Assembly: GCA_011523185.1 (NCBI GenBank)
Contig: WTHI01000135.1
Location: 8,564 to 72,563 of the forward strand
Reading direction: 5' to 3'
Source: Methanobacteriota archaeon
Lineage (GTDB): Archaea > Thermoplasmatota > Poseidoniia > Poseidoniales > Thalassarchaeaceae
DNA length: 64,000 bases
The position numbers and the translations under genes were made by a program. Under the pieces are notes generated by a model. It saw nothing but the letters and a program-made list of their open reading frames with translations. It had not been told where the DNA came from and searched no databases. Below are positions 48,945-59,411 of the stretch, piece after piece (within the stretch, counting starts at the first letter, position 1; the number at the start of each line of letters is the position of its first letter).

Positions 48945-50672
48945 CTACATTCTATGTGGCGAGTCAATTCCAAGTAAATCGAGACCTGTTTGCAAGGTTC
49001 TTGCAGTCAAGTCACACAGTGCCAATCTGCTTAGTTTTGTACTATCTTCTGCGTTTAGAACCGTACAAACCTCATAGAATGAACCGAAAGCTTGCGCGAT
49101 ATTGTGTAATTGAGTTGCTAATTTGTGAGGTGAGTGACTTGAACAAGCCGAATCAAGGGATTCGGGGAATTTAATCAATGCCCGAGCCAGTGCTATCTCT
49201 CTTTCATGAGTCAAAATAATTTCTGCATTACTAATTGAATTTCTATCGATTTCATCCTTCGAAAATATGCTACAAATTCTTGCATGTGCATATTGCAGAT
49301 ATGGAGCGGTGTTTCCATCGAAGGAAAGCATTTTTTCCCATTCAAATGTGTAATTGTTATTTCGGTCCGTAGAAAGATCTGCATATTTTATTGCCCCGAT
49401 TCCTAGCATCTTTGACACCTCTGATCTTTCATCTTCAGAGAGGTTTGGACTTTTCTCTGCAACGATTGCATCCGCTCTTTCCACCGCTTCAATCAATAAT
49501 TCATTCAGATGGACAGCTCCTCCCGTTCTACTAGCCAACTTCTTGCCGTCAGTACCCATTACCAAACCAAACGGAACATGGATTGCGTTTACTCCTTCAT
49601 CCATGAATCCAGCATTTCTTGCAACCTCAAAGACCATAGCAAAATGTTGTGCCTGTTCTGCACCTACAACATATAGGAATTCACGACTACCAACATTTTC
49701 GATTCTATCCAAAATGCATGCTAAATCACTAGTGGCATAATTGTAGCCACCGTCCGCTTTTTGGATGATTAATGGGAGTGGTTCCCCTTCGCGGTTTTTC
49801 CAACCATCTAGATAGACTACTTTCGCGCCATCGCTTTCCTCTAGCAATCCCACTTTCGCAAGTTTTTCGACAACCCCTGGCAATGCCGATTCATACTTTG
49901 ATTCACCTGCAAGATTGTCGTTGCTAAGTAATATCCCCATTCTTTGGTAAACTTCGTTGAAGTGAATTAATGAGCGATCCACAAGCATCTGCCATAACTC
50001 GATGGTTTCAGGTTCGCTAGACTGCATTCTAACCACCCTTGCCCGTGAGCGTGAGGCGAAGTCTGAATCAGAGTCAAATTTCGCCCTAGCATCAGAATAA
50101 AACGTACTCAAATCGATATGCTGCGCCTCTGAATCTAAACCCAGGTCAATTAGATGTTCGATGAGCATTCCGAAAGGAGTACCCCAATCTCCAATGTGAT
50201 TCTCGGGTACAACTCTGTGCCCTTTGTAGCTTAGCATTCGATTTAGAGCGTCACCAATCACTGTTGAGCGAAGGTGACCAACGTGCATATGCTTGGCTAC
50301 ATTCGGTGAAGAATAATCGATGACAATGACTCTAGGCTCCTCAGTTAAAACTCTCAATCTATCGTCGGTTAGAGATTCTTGTAATATCTCACACAACCAA
50401 TTGGGATCCGCTGAAAAATTAAGGAAACCGTTTATCGAACTAACTTGGCAAATCCCTTCAGTTGTTGGCCCTAGATGTTCTAAAATTTCGTCTGCAATCG
50501 TATTCGGAGCCTTTCTCAGCACTTTGGAAAGTGAATGACAAGGCAATGCAACATCGGCAAATGTTGAATCTGTAGAACCTGCAAGAAGGTTATTCCAATC
50601 AGACTCTTGGACGCCAATTTCGGACATCACCGGACCAAGAAGTGGGCGGATTGCGTCTACCAAATCTCGCAT
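48945..50672 (-). CDS. argS: Arginine--tRNA ligase
   Basis: DYSSPNVAKHMHVGHLRS, GDWGTPFG, GNTAPYLQYAHAR. Confidence 0.96.
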   Translation of the reverse strand: MRDLVDAIRPLLGPVMSEIGVQESDWNNLLAGSTDSTFADVALPCHSLSKVLRKAPNTIADEILEHLGPTTEGICQVSSINGFLNFSADPNWLCEILQESLTDDRLRVLTEEPRVIVIDYSSPNVAKHMHVGHLRSTVIGDALNRMLSYKGHRVVPENHIGDWGTPFGMLIEHLIDLGLDSEAQHIDLSTFYSDARAKFDSDSDFASRSRARVVRMQSSEPETIELWQMLVDRSLIHFNEVYQRMGILLSNDNLAGESKYESALPGVVEKLAKVGLLEESDGAKVVYLDGWKNREGEPLPLIIQKADGGYNYATSDLACILDRIENVGSREFLYVVGAEQAQHFAMVFEVARNAGFMDEGVNAIHVPFGLVMGTDGKKLASRTGGAVHLNELLIEAVERADAIVAEKSPNLSEDERSEVSKMLGIGAIKYADLSTDRNNNYTFEWEKMLSFDGNTAPYLQYAHARICSIFSKDEIDRNSISNAEIILTHEREIALARALIKFPESLDSACSSHSPHKLATQLHNIAQAFGSFYEVCTVLNAEDSTKLSRLALCDLTARTLQTGLDLLGIDSPHRM

Positions 50673-50681
50673 ATTCTAACC

Positions 50682-51929
50682 TCAAGTAAGGGAGTACCTC
50701 AACAATGCAGCTATTCCTCCAAATGAGGTTTGTAGAGTTGCGCCTTCTTCTGAATCCATAGAAATCAGACTAACCTTAGCAGAGGTATGTCCGGCTAATT
50801 CCGTCAATTCGTCGATTATATCTCTAGTTCTATCAGGATCTTCGCGTACATCTTCCGAGCCACACTTTGGGCATTCGGGTATTTCTGAGCGACTATTTTG
50901 GGTAGCCTCCCATTCATGTGAACATGGCTTACAATACCATCCAACTCGCCTCTTCCTTAGACCTTCAGACAATAATAGAGTGTCGACTGCACCTTGGTCT
51001 AATGCTGACCGAATCATCATCTCACCGTAAGTTGCTTTGGGATGTGCCTGCATTACTTCGCGAAGGAAATTATCCACTAACTCACGTTCAGCATCCAACT
51101 CTATCTGATCCATTAGATTGCCAGCGCGCTGAACTAATTCCCTGAGGCCACTTTCATTGGAATATCCCACGTCAAAGAATGGTTCGCGAATCAACTTCTT
51201 TACTTCGTGATGGAAGTAATCATTCTTGACTACGAAATCCTTAGTTTGCCCGGGTCCACCGACTATGATTCCTTTGATATCAGCCAAATTAGGGAGCCAA
51301 TAATTGCAAGCGTGTTCTGTTGCCCTCTTGAAGAAATTATGAGCAGCTTCCTCAATTAGACGCTCAAATCGCTGAGCGGATTGACCTCCTTGGCGGTGTT
51401 TTCCCATTATGTTAGATTGTAATTCCTCTTGACAGTGAATTCTTTTTCCACTTGCAATTCCATAAGCTGCTTCTCCTCTATCGATTACAAATAGACCGTA
51501 AGAAGTCCTATCGATGAGCATATCTTCTAATTGGGTTAATTCAAAAGTCGAATCGCAACGATAACGGAAAGAAGTGAAAATTTCTGGTGGATCATCAATT
51601 ACTACAGTAACCAATCGTGTTTTGTTATTTCCAACAATAACATGGCCAACGAAGATAGCGATTCCGTACTCTCCGGCATTCTTGTATCGATTCAATACTG
51701 AAATTGCCGATTCAATAGCATCCCCTACGTGTTTTCTAGTCAATTTGGACTTGATATTCGCGGCTTGGGCGCCTTCTTGCCCAAGCTGGCCGCGAACGTC
51801 ACTAATTAGACGATCAGGAGGGATGATTACCGTAACCAATTCCGTGCCCATGCCTCTCATGTTCTGTAGCTCTTCTAGCGTCTTCTTGGTTCGCAGTCTG
51901 CGCTGCTGCATCTCCAAGTCATCTGCCAT
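50682..51929 (-). CDS. prf1: Peptide chain release factor aRF1
   Basis: NIKS, YRCD, GGQS; C-terminal CxxC...CxxC. Confidence 0.96.
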   Translation of the reverse strand: MADDLEMQQRRLRTKKTLEELQNMRGMGTELVTVIIPPDRLISDVRGQLGQEGAQAANIKSKLTRKHVGDAIESAISVLNRYKNAGEYGIAIFVGHVIVGNNKTRLVTVVIDDPPEIFTSFRYRCDSTFELTQLEDMLIDRTSYGLFVIDRGEAAYGIASGKRIHCQEELQSNIMGKHRQGGQSAQRFERLIEEAAHNFFKRATEHACNYWLPNLADIKGIIVGGPGQTKDFVVKNDYFHHEVKKLIREPFFDVGYSNESGLRELVQRAGNLMDQIELDAERELVDNFLREVMQAHPKATYGEMMIRSALDQGAVDTLLLSEGLRKRRVGWYCKPCSHEWEATQNSRSEIPECPKCGSEDVREDPDRTRDIIDELTELAGHTSAKVSLISMDSEEGATLQTSFGGIAALLRYSLT

Positions 51930-52029
51930 GGCTAAGCCTCTTGGCGGAAGGCCGCAGTGAGGGGCATTTCAACCCTCTCGCGCGTAACCAGCGAAGGCAT
52001 TGAAAGGGGCACTCATCCCCGAATGCACG

Positions 52030-52743
52030 ATGGCGACCATAGTACTCGCACTTGGAGGGAGCCTTCTGAGGCCGGAAGTGGAAGAGCGACATGCTTGGTT
52101 GGAAGAGTTAGTTTCCATTATCCGAGACAGGGTTTTGGTTGATGATAGAATTGGAATCGTCGTTGGTGGAGGCGCCCCTGCCAGAGAAGGAATTACACTG
52201 GCAAGACCCATCATCGACAACGAGGATAGACTAGACCGAATTGGTATTGCGGCAACTCGGCTAAATGCTACCATAGTTAGAGAGTCTCTAGCAGATGCTG
52301 GGGTCACGGTATCGGGAGCAATCCCGCGTTCTATCAACGAGGCTACGATGTTATTCGATGAAAGACCAGTAGTAGTCATGGGGGGTACTAAACCCGGCCA
52401 CACTACTGATGCAGTTGCAATTCGTCTAGCAATTGCTAGCGGTGCTGAACGCTGTATTATCTGTACTAATGTAGACAGAGTCTACGACTCTGACCCTCGT
52501 GATAATCCAAATGCAAATGGACACGATTCACTGACCCATGAAGAGTTGCAAGAAATTGTAGGGCCTGCAGAGCATACCAAAGCTGGACCATCCGGAGTTG
52601 TTGACCCTATGGGGGTTGCAGACGCCACTAAAGCCAATTTGACCCTCTGCATATTAGATGGCAGGGACCATTCTAGAATAAAATCTGCAATAGAAGGAGA
52701 ATCATTCCACGGAACGATCGTAGAAAGCGAAGAGGAGGAGTGA
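52030..52743 (+). CDS. pyrH: Uridylate kinase (archaeal type)
   Basis: LGGS, VVGGG..AR, GGTKPGHTTDAVA, TNVDRVYDSDP. Confidence 0.92.
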   Translation: MATIVLALGGSLLRPEVEERHAWLEELVSIIRDRVLVDDRIGIVVGGGAPAREGITLARPIIDNEDRLDRIGIAATRLNATIVRESLADAGVTVSGAIPRSINEATMLFDERPVVVMGGTKPGHTTDAVAIRLAIASGAERCIICTNVDRVYDSDPRDNPNANGHDSLTHEELQEIVGPAEHTKAGPSGVVDPMGVADATKANLTLCILDGRDHSRIKSAIEGESFHGTIVESEEEE

Positions 52744-52748
52744 TTCCA

Positions 52749-53048
52749 ATGGGCAGGAAAGATAGAATCGCTAGAGCTGCTACTCAAACTGCCTCACAAG
52801 CAAGGGAAACTGCTGCGCGTGAGAGAGGAAGAAGTAAGCGAACAACCAGTGCTTCTGGTGTTTCTGCTCATAGGCACTGCTCAGTCTGTTGGGCACCAAT
52901 TCCACTAAAGGCAGAACCGCCGGTGTGTAATGATGCAGAATGTGAATCAACATACGAGAAAAGAGAAGCATCCCGTAAACGTCTAACTTTCATGTTATAC
53001 TTATTCCCTGCAATTGCCATTCTACTAGCAATTATGACTGCAATTTAA
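52749..53048 (+). CDS. DUF2116-like Zn-ribbon membrane protein
   Basis: HRHCSVCWAPIP...C...C, C-terminal TM; follows pyrH. Confidence 0.75.
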   Translation: MGRKDRIARAATQTASQARETAARERGRSKRTTSASGVSAHRHCSVCWAPIPLKAEPPVCNDAECESTYEKREASRKRLTFMLYLFPAIAILLAIMTAI

Positions 53049-53095
53049 CCCGAAGTATCGTTAGGTTCAACACCAATAAACAAAGAGAGAATGAC

Positions 53096-53686
53096 ATGCG
53101 GATGGTGCGAGTTCTGGGTGTTTTACCAGGATTTGTTGGATTTGTATGCCTAGTATTGCTAACTGCTAGTTTAGTTGGGATAGAAATTGATTCCACTCGC
53201 GTACAGGCTACTACTGTACCATGTTTGGACGATGACGCTGGTGGTTGCCCAGTTGGAATGACTGGGTCTGATTTCCATGTACCCTGGGGTTTCAGTTTGA
53301 TCGATGTAGAAGTAAACATCGCGTGGGATGAGCCTGAAAAGGCTTGGATAGGAGTTGTCGATGCAAAATACGCCGAAGAAGGAAACTGCCCCCCCGACTC
53401 CAATGGATTGACTAGCTGTGAAGCGGACGATTTCGAATTTGTCGCGGGAGGCCCTGAGGATTCAGATGAGTTCACTTTCTCCCTAAAACCAGGCGACTAT
53501 CGATTTACAAGCGGAGGACGAGATGGTGCTAGTCTTGACAATCAATTAGTAACAATTACATCAACGTTCCACATTTCTCAGGTTGGAGAGATTCTTCTCG
53601 GTGTAATTGGAATTCTACTAATGATTGGGGCCGTAGAAATGATTTATCCAATCGAACTATTTTGGAAGAAGTATGTCAAATCATGA
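53096..53686 (+). CDS. Hypothetical membrane protein
   Basis: N- and C-terminal TM helices flanking an acidic, Cys-containing domain. Confidence 0.7.
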   Translation: MRMVRVLGVLPGFVGFVCLVLLTASLVGIEIDSTRVQATTVPCLDDDAGGCPVGMTGSDFHVPWGFSLIDVEVNIAWDEPEKAWIGVVDAKYAEEGNCPPDSNGLTSCEADDFEFVAGGPEDSDEFTFSLKPGDYRFTSGGRDGASLDNQLVTITSTFHISQVGEILLGVIGILLMIGAVEMIYPIELFWKKYVKS

Positions 53687-53864
53687 CTCGATTGACTACT
53701 CGCTTCGTCGGCTAATTGAAGAACCAGTATTATCTCGACCGTTTGTGGCAGTAACCAAGTGTCGCTCCTGTGGAGCGGAAATTAGGGCTGAAGGACTTCC
53801 TCGGTCCTTTGGAGGATACAACATTTACTGCGTGACCTGTGGTGCTCAATTCAGAGTAGATTGA
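53673..53864 (+). CDS. Small zinc-finger protein (63 aa)
   Basis: CRSCG...CVTCG. Confidence 0.65.
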   Translation: MSNHDSIDYSLRRLIEEPVLSRPFVAVTKCRSCGAEIRAEGLPRSFGGYNIYCVTCGAQFRVD

Positions 53865-53866
53865 AG

Positions 53867-54997
53867 TCAATCAGAAGACTTCTTTCTTCCACGTCTTGGT
53901 TTCGGTGCATGCCTCATAGCCGCTTCCCTTCTTGCTTCAATTTCTTCGGGTGAACCGACTGGCTCGATTTCTTCTATTTCTCTATGCCAAGTATCTGGCA
54001 AAGCAAGTGGATCCGTTACTTCGTCAGCGGCTATAAATTCAATTAGTTGACTGCGCAAATCATCTATTCCGTCTCCAGTAATTGAACTGATTCGCAAAAC
54101 TTCGCTTTCATTTACCTCATGTAAATCCGACTTTGAAAACACCTTGAGCAGTGGTCGTTCAGCCAGTAATTCTGTAACTTCATCTAGTAGATGCTGTTGA
54201 TCTTGCAAATTCATACCACTGGATTCAGATGGGTCGATTAAGAATAATACAATGTCTCCTACATTTTCCAAAGCCGCAATCGCTTGCATCTCGATTTGAT
54301 TACGTTCGGTCATTGGCCTATCTAGAAGGCCAGGTGTATCGACCATCTGGTAAATTCGTCTTCTGTGCTCAAAATGACCGACGTGTAGCCGCTTAGTTGT
54401 AAACGGGTAAGCGGCAACTTCTGGCTCTCCACTGGATAATTCTGTGATTAGAGCAGACTTGCCAACATTGGGAGCCCCTGCGACCACAATACAAGGCTCG
54501 GCAGCATCAATCGAAGGTAATTCTCGTAGAATGTTCCGAGCCTCACCTAACCAGAGAATATTATCTCCAATTTGGTCAATAATTGATGACATCCTACCAT
54601 ATGCGTGACGTCTTTCTTCATGGAAAGCCTCTATGTTACGAAATCTTAGCATCTTGGATTGAGATTCACCTGCAATTTTCCGTACTCTTTCTGCAGCCCA
54701 CTGAATCGCGCCAAGATTTTGCCTAAATTCATCAGCTCCCACGGCCGCATCAACCAAGGCTTGGTCAAATTCTGACTGAGCATTGAGGCTAGGCCACTGA
54801 TCAACCCATTTTAGGAGAGTTTCAGCGATTGTATCACTGGCTGCTTGTACCATTCTAGCCATCTGTTTTCGCACCCTATGGTACTTGTCTGGGTCCTCAA
54901 CCAAGTCGGATTGCTTTCCAGCACGACGAAACGCCTTGTCTAGAACTTCCTGAGGATACAGAACGGTAGGAATCTTGCGCCATTCAACAGAAGCCAC
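53867..54997 (-). CDS. NOG1-family GTPase
   Basis: GAPNVGKS, YPFTTK, DTPGLLDRP..ERN.IE, SKSD. Confidence 0.93.
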   Translation of the reverse strand: MASVEWRKIPTVLYPQEVLDKAFRRAGKQSDLVEDPDKYHRVRKQMARMVQAASDTIAETLLKWVDQWPSLNAQSEFDQALVDAAVGADEFRQNLGAIQWAAERVRKIAGESQSKMLRFRNIEAFHEERRHAYGRMSSIIDQIGDNILWLGEARNILRELPSIDAAEPCIVVAGAPNVGKSALITELSSGEPEVAAYPFTTKRLHVGHFEHRRRIYQMVDTPGLLDRPMTERNQIEMQAIAALENVGDIVLFLIDPSESSGMNLQDQQHLLDEVTELLAERPLLKVFSKSDLHEVNESEVLRISSITGDGIDDLRSQLIEFIAADEVTDPLALPDTWHREIEEIEPVGSPEEIEARREAAMRHAPKPRRGRKKSSD

Positions 54998-55076
54998 GAC
55001 CTCTCCTCCAGTCTAGCGGCCGCATCCATACTTCTTCAAACAGCGTGCTTTTCTATGGCGGACCACACGCGACCCT

Positions 55077-55532
55077 ATGACCGGTGAACGGCGCGGTAAG
55101 AGAATTGGAGATTTGCCTGCATGGGCAAAGCGATTTGCCGAAGAATATGGCGCAGAGGATTTGGATGGTCGCGGGGATGTTTTCTTTGGCCCTTTAATCG
55201 ACCGACGTAGCGGCCTCAGGAAGGACGACCTAATCGAATTACTAATCGATGCACGAGCACTAAGAGCGGATGATGACCCTTGGGTTCGAGGTATGTTACT
55301 AGCCACTTCCAGAAATGCGGTAGAAATGTTGGACGAATTCGGTCAATATCGCTCTATTGCAAGAGATGTGATAGTGGAAGTACGACTTGTGACACATCTG
55401 AGAAAACCATACATCGAGGATGATGAATTACTTACCTTCGAAAAAGAGGACATGCGAAGGAGATCAAATGTTCACGAACAGGCGGAGAGACAAGCCGATG
55501 GCGGCTCAGACGATAGTCACTTGTGGGGCTGA
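55077..55532 (+). CDS. Hypothetical protein, possible Sm-like fold
   Basis: VRGMLLATSRNAVEML...SIARDVIVEV pattern. Confidence 0.6.
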   Translation: MTGERRGKRIGDLPAWAKRFAEEYGAEDLDGRGDVFFGPLIDRRSGLRKDDLIELLIDARALRADDDPWVRGMLLATSRNAVEMLDEFGQYRSIARDVIVEVRLVTHLRKPYIEDDELLTFEKEDMRRRSNVHEQAERQADGGSDDSHLWG

Positions 55533-55535
55533 AGA

Positions 55536-55862
55536 ATGTCAGACTTAGCAAAGAAAGAATGCATACCCTGCAAGGGAGGTATCCCTCCAATGGGGCTTGA
55601 AGAAGCCGAAGAAATGATTCGGCAAATTCATTCAGATTGGAAATTAATCGATACACACCACATCGAAAGAGTTTGGATTTTCCCAAATTTTGAGTCTGCT
55701 CTTCAATTTGTTAACGCAACAGGTGCAATTTGCGAAGAACAAGATCATCATGCTGATTTCGAATTAGGTTGGGGTAGGGTGAAGGCGATGATTTGGACTC
55801 ACAAAATAAACGGACTTACCGAATCTGATTTCTTCCTCGCAGCTAAGTTTGACAAGATTTAA
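55536..55862 (+). CDS. Pterin-4-alpha-carbinolamine dehydratase
   Basis: CIPC, EEQDHHAD, WTHKINGLTESDF.LA. Confidence 0.92.
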   Translation: MSDLAKKECIPCKGGIPPMGLEEAEEMIRQIHSDWKLIDTHHIERVWIFPNFESALQFVNATGAICEEQDHHADFELGWGRVKAMIWTHKINGLTESDFFLAAKFDKI

Positions 55863-55871
55863 GGTGGAAAT

Positions 55872-56186
55872 ATGACGAAGGATTTTCGCCTTCACGCCTT
55901 TGTTTGTACCAATCAACGCGACCCAAAAAAACCACGAGAATGCTGTGCTGCGAAGAACTCTCTCGATGTAATGACTCGGCTTAAGCGAGCGGCTAAATCC
56001 GCTGGAATCAAAGATGTTCGAGTCAATAAATCGGGATGCTTAGACAAGTGTGAGCAAGGAATTTCTTGTGTAGTCTACCCAGACGGAATTTGGTACACTA
56101 TACCTGACGATGACCAAGCAATAGCCAAAATTGTAGACCATCTAGCGGGAGGAAATGTCGCTGTTGAATTTCTGATGGGCGACTAA
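55872..56186 (+). CDS. Thioredoxin-like [2Fe-2S] ferredoxin
   Basis: FVCTN...CC, SGCLDKCEQG, VVYPDGIWY. Confidence 0.9.
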   Translation: MTKDFRLHAFVCTNQRDPKKPRECCAAKNSLDVMTRLKRAAKSAGIKDVRVNKSGCLDKCEQGISCVVYPDGIWYTIPDDDQAIAKIVDHLAGGNVAVEFLMGD

Positions 56187-56198
56187 ATCAAGAGAAAA

Positions 56199-56609
56199 TC
56201 ATAGCCGAACTGGACGGGTGGCACCACAGGCTTGGCACTTTAGCAGAGTTGTTCGATCTTCTTTGATGAATCGGGTATCAGGAGCCTTGCATTGTTCACA
56301 GAGAATGTATGTTTTGACATATCCAACAATTTTCTCTTTGATTCTTTTTGGCGGAACCCTACCTTTGAGCATAACACGAACTTGCTCTCTAGTGCCTGAC
56401 GTTCCCAATTCATTGATGAGATATTGATAGACGTGATTTGCGTCCCTATCCATCGCATCTACTATAGCGGAAAAATTACGAATTATTGTTTGATTACCCT
56501 CAACTAAAATCTCAGGATTAGGCATAGTCCATCGATTTCTTTCGCTGATGTCCGTCGGAATTCTATCCCGTGCTCGATCGAGCAGAGCATCATATTCGAA
56601 GTCACTCAT
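56199..56609 (-). CDS. eif2b: Translation initiation factor aIF-2 beta
   Basis: GNQTIIRNF, ELGTSG, CEQCKAPDT...CQACGA. Confidence 0.95.
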   Translation of the reverse strand: MSDFEYDALLDRARDRIPTDISERNRWTMPNPEILVEGNQTIIRNFSAIVDAMDRDANHVYQYLINELGTSGTREQVRVMLKGRVPPKRIKEKIVGYVKTYILCEQCKAPDTRFIKEDRTTLLKCQACGATRPVRL

Positions 56610-56702
56610 CTATTCGGGCGAGCAACGTCTCCCTTTTCACCCCACCGGATAGGCTCACGGCTAGGCACTAACCGTCAAAGACCAGTTTAGCAACGGCGGG
56701 GT

Positions 56703-57152
56703 ATGGACGAGGTCATCGAGGTCAAGGTGGCAAAGGTCCACGAGGATGCACAGTTACCAACTAGAGGTAGCGCTCACGCAGCGGGTTACGACCTGTATGC
56801 TTTGGAAGATACCGATGTTCTCTATCGCACTGCAACATTAGTACGAACTGGTTTACATGTAGCGATTCCAATTGGCTATGAAGGGCAAGTTCGGGCTAGA
56901 TCATCTCTAGGCAAGAGAGGTTTGATTCCGCCACATGGAATCGGCACCATAGATGCCGATTATCGCGGAGAGTTATTTGTCATGATGACATGGATTGGTG
57001 AAGGCGATTCTTACACAATATCGAAGGGTGAGAGAATCGCTCAATTACTGATTACTCCAATCCCTCAATCAACCTTCAAAGAAGTGAATTTAGATGAACT
57101 TGGTGAGACTGATCGAGGAGATGGTGGATTCGGTTCTACAGGAAGATTCTGA
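56703..57152 (+). CDS. dut: dUTP diphosphatase (trimeric)
   Basis: AAGYDL, RSSL, GTIDADYRGE, ERIAQL, RGDGGFGSTG. Confidence 0.96.
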   Translation: MDEVIEVKVAKVHEDAQLPTRGSAHAAGYDLYALEDTDVLYRTATLVRTGLHVAIPIGYEGQVRARSSLGKRGLIPPHGIGTIDADYRGELFVMMTWIGEGDSYTISKGERIAQLLITPIPQSTFKEVNLDELGETDRGDGGFGSTGRF

Positions 57153-57161
57153 CTATCTTTA

Positions 57162-57180
57162 CACGGTTCGTAGAACCGTG
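57162..57180 (+). repeat. Perfect hairpin with C-GTA-G triloop
   Basis: CACGGTTC-GTA-GAACCGTG, 9 nt after the dut stop. Confidence 0.8.
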
Positions 57181-57237
57181 CTTCTACATATTCAACATAC
57201 GAATCCTTGATACGGGTCGGATGGAGCGGTCCAATTG

Positions 57238-57822
57238 ATGCCACTGAGCATAGACGAGCTTCGCAGAAAGGTCGAAGAATACCACAACAAGGGCCTGAAC
57301 AGTCAGCAAATAGCAGATGAGTTGTCACTTTCCCAGACCACCATCCAATGGCTTTCCTCCTCAAATGTACCACTTGATGAAGAAACTCCCTCTGATATCA
57401 GAGTTGGATGGCGTTCTGTTGCGGTTAAGGCTGCAAGAGTGGAAGCCGTATCATACGTATTCTGTGACATAATCGAAGAAGAAATTGGAGAAGAGGTTGA
57501 TACGATGGTTGGAATTTCAATTAATGGAATTCCCTTCGCCCAGGCAATTGCTGGGCAGATGGATCTTGAGTTGGCAGTAAGTCGAAGTATTAGCGAATCC
57601 GACGCAGGTCATCTATCCGAGGTATTCGCTTATGTTAGTGGAAAGAGAGTTGTCGTTATCGACGATGTTGTTTCTTCTGGAACTACTATGAGAAAGACCG
57701 TGCAACATCTTCGTGAATCAGGAGCTGACGTCAAACTATGTTTGGTTTTAGCAAATAAGACCGAAATGAACGATATTGACGGAGTCCCGTTGAGAGGCCT
57801 AGTTAGAGTGGTCACTGTCTGA
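57238..57822 (+). CDS. Orotate phosphoribosyltransferase-like protein with N-terminal HTH (GfcR family)
   Basis: GL...QIADELSLS..T..W HTH; VVVIDDVVSSGTT PRPP motif. Confidence 0.85.
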   Translation: MPLSIDELRRKVEEYHNKGLNSQQIADELSLSQTTIQWLSSSNVPLDEETPSDIRVGWRSVAVKAARVEAVSYVFCDIIEEEIGEEVDTMVGISINGIPFAQAIAGQMDLELAVSRSISESDAGHLSEVFAYVSGKRVVVIDDVVSSGTTMRKTVQHLRESGADVKLCLVLANKTEMNDIDGVPLRGLVRVVTV

Positions 57823-57832
57823 GGTAGAATCG

Positions 57833-59410
57833 ATGCACTGGGCGGACTTTACCGCTGAAAAACTCAGCAAAGAACGAGGCAATAAGCAAGTTGCATGTTC
57901 AGGAATTACACCATCGGGTGAATTCCACATTGGTCACATTAGAGAGATTCTCTCAGCTGAAATGATACACAGAGCCTGTCTTGATGCTGGATTGGATTCT
58001 CGATACATATTCATCGTCGACTCAATGGACCCGCTTCGCCGAGTGTATCCGTTCCTTTCGCAAGAATACGAGAAATACATCGGTTGTCCTCTTGCATTCA
58101 TTCCTGCACCAGATTCAGACGGAAATCCTGACCCTAATGGCCTATCATACGCAGAACATTTCCTCGGGCCATTTTTAGATGCGCTTGCAGAAATTGGAGT
58201 GTTTCCTGAAGTAATTATGAATCACGAGACCTACTCAAGCGGTCAATTTGCTGAAAAGATAGATTCTGCAATAGAACAGGCTGAAGAAATTCGAGAAATC
58301 ATTGAAACTATTTCTGGTAGAGAATTGGATGTTAATTGGTTTCCATACAAACCACTTGGCTCAGATGGTAGTATGGATGGTGTGACTGTTACCGGCTATG
58401 AGAAACCATTTGTTCATTGGACAGATAGGCATGGAAAATCGGGTTCTTCAGACATAAGGAAAGCGGAAGGAAAGTTGCCTTGGAGAATAGATTGGGCGGC
58501 TCGCTGGGGGATTCACGGAATTACCTGTGAGCCAGCAGGAAAGGACCACGGGGCCGCTGGTGGATCATTTGATACAGGATTACCAATTTGCAAATTATTG
58601 GGTTCCGAACCACCCTCAAAGATGGTCTATGAATGGATTCAGGTAAAGGGAGCGGGGCCGATGTCCTCCTCTTCGGGTAATACCGTTGGCCCAATAGAAG
58701 CACTGAATTTGGTACCACCTGAAATTCTACGATATCTAATCGCGGGCTCGAAGATGAATCGGCATATCGATTTCAACACCGGTTCAGCACTATTTCAGAT
58801 GGCGGATGAATACGAGAGATTGGTTTCTGACCCGCCAAATCCAGATAATGAAGATCTTACAAAGAGACAGCGGGTTGCTGCAATAACCCAAAGTGGAGCA
58901 ATGCGACTAAGCCAAATAAAGAGAGGAAGCGACCCTGTTGATTCTCTCGCCGGAGTTACTTTCCGACACTTGGCAATGCTGGCGCAGATCAAAACCTCTG
59001 ATGATGATGTTTGGAATTCACTAAGAATTAGTGGTCACCTTAGTGGTAAGCCGAATTCCGCCTTACAAAACCGATTAGAAAGGATGCGAAACTGGATTGG
59101 AAGCATACATTTCCCGGAAGATGCAAGAATCAATATTCAAAAGGTAATTGATGAAAATTCGCGTGCACAATTAAGCTCAGAACAATTATCATTCCTTGAA
59201 AAATTGGCTGTTGAACTTGGCGATTCTGAATGGTCGGATGAAGCAATCGGAAACACAATTCGAATGACATCGGCTAACTCGGGCGTCAGTGGAAGAGAGG
59301 CCTATATTGCACTGTATTGGGCTATGTTGGGACGAAGTCATGGACCAAAGGCTTCAGCGCTAATTTTTGAAATCGGAAAGAGCGCTGCCATAGAATTGTT
59401 CGGCTCTTAG
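57833..59410 (+). CDS. lysS: Lysine--tRNA ligase, class I
   Basis: MHWAD, SGITPSG..HIGH, GKLPWRIDWAARW, EPAGKDH, MSSS. Confidence 0.95.
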   Translation: MHWADFTAEKLSKERGNKQVACSGITPSGEFHIGHIREILSAEMIHRACLDAGLDSRYIFIVDSMDPLRRVYPFLSQEYEKYIGCPLAFIPAPDSDGNPDPNGLSYAEHFLGPFLDALAEIGVFPEVIMNHETYSSGQFAEKIDSAIEQAEEIREIIETISGRELDVNWFPYKPLGSDGSMDGVTVTGYEKPFVHWTDRHGKSGSSDIRKAEGKLPWRIDWAARWGIHGITCEPAGKDHGAAGGSFDTGLPICKLLGSEPPSKMVYEWIQVKGAGPMSSSSGNTVGPIEALNLVPPEILRYLIAGSKMNRHIDFNTGSALFQMADEYERLVSDPPNPDNEDLTKRQRVAAITQSGAMRLSQIKRGSDPVDSLAGVTFRHLAMLAQIKTSDDDVWNSLRISGHLSGKPNSALQNRLERMRNWIGSIHFPEDARINIQKVIDENSRAQLSSEQLSFLEKLAVELGDSEWSDEAIGNTIRMTSANSGVSGREAYIALYWAMLGRSHGPKASALIFEIGKSAAIELFGS

Positions 59411-59411
59411 T

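Noticed and set aside
58650-58690. LysRS KMSKS loop reads GPMSSSSG (no Lys)
   Set aside because: This loop is variable in class I LysRS; all other motifs are intact.
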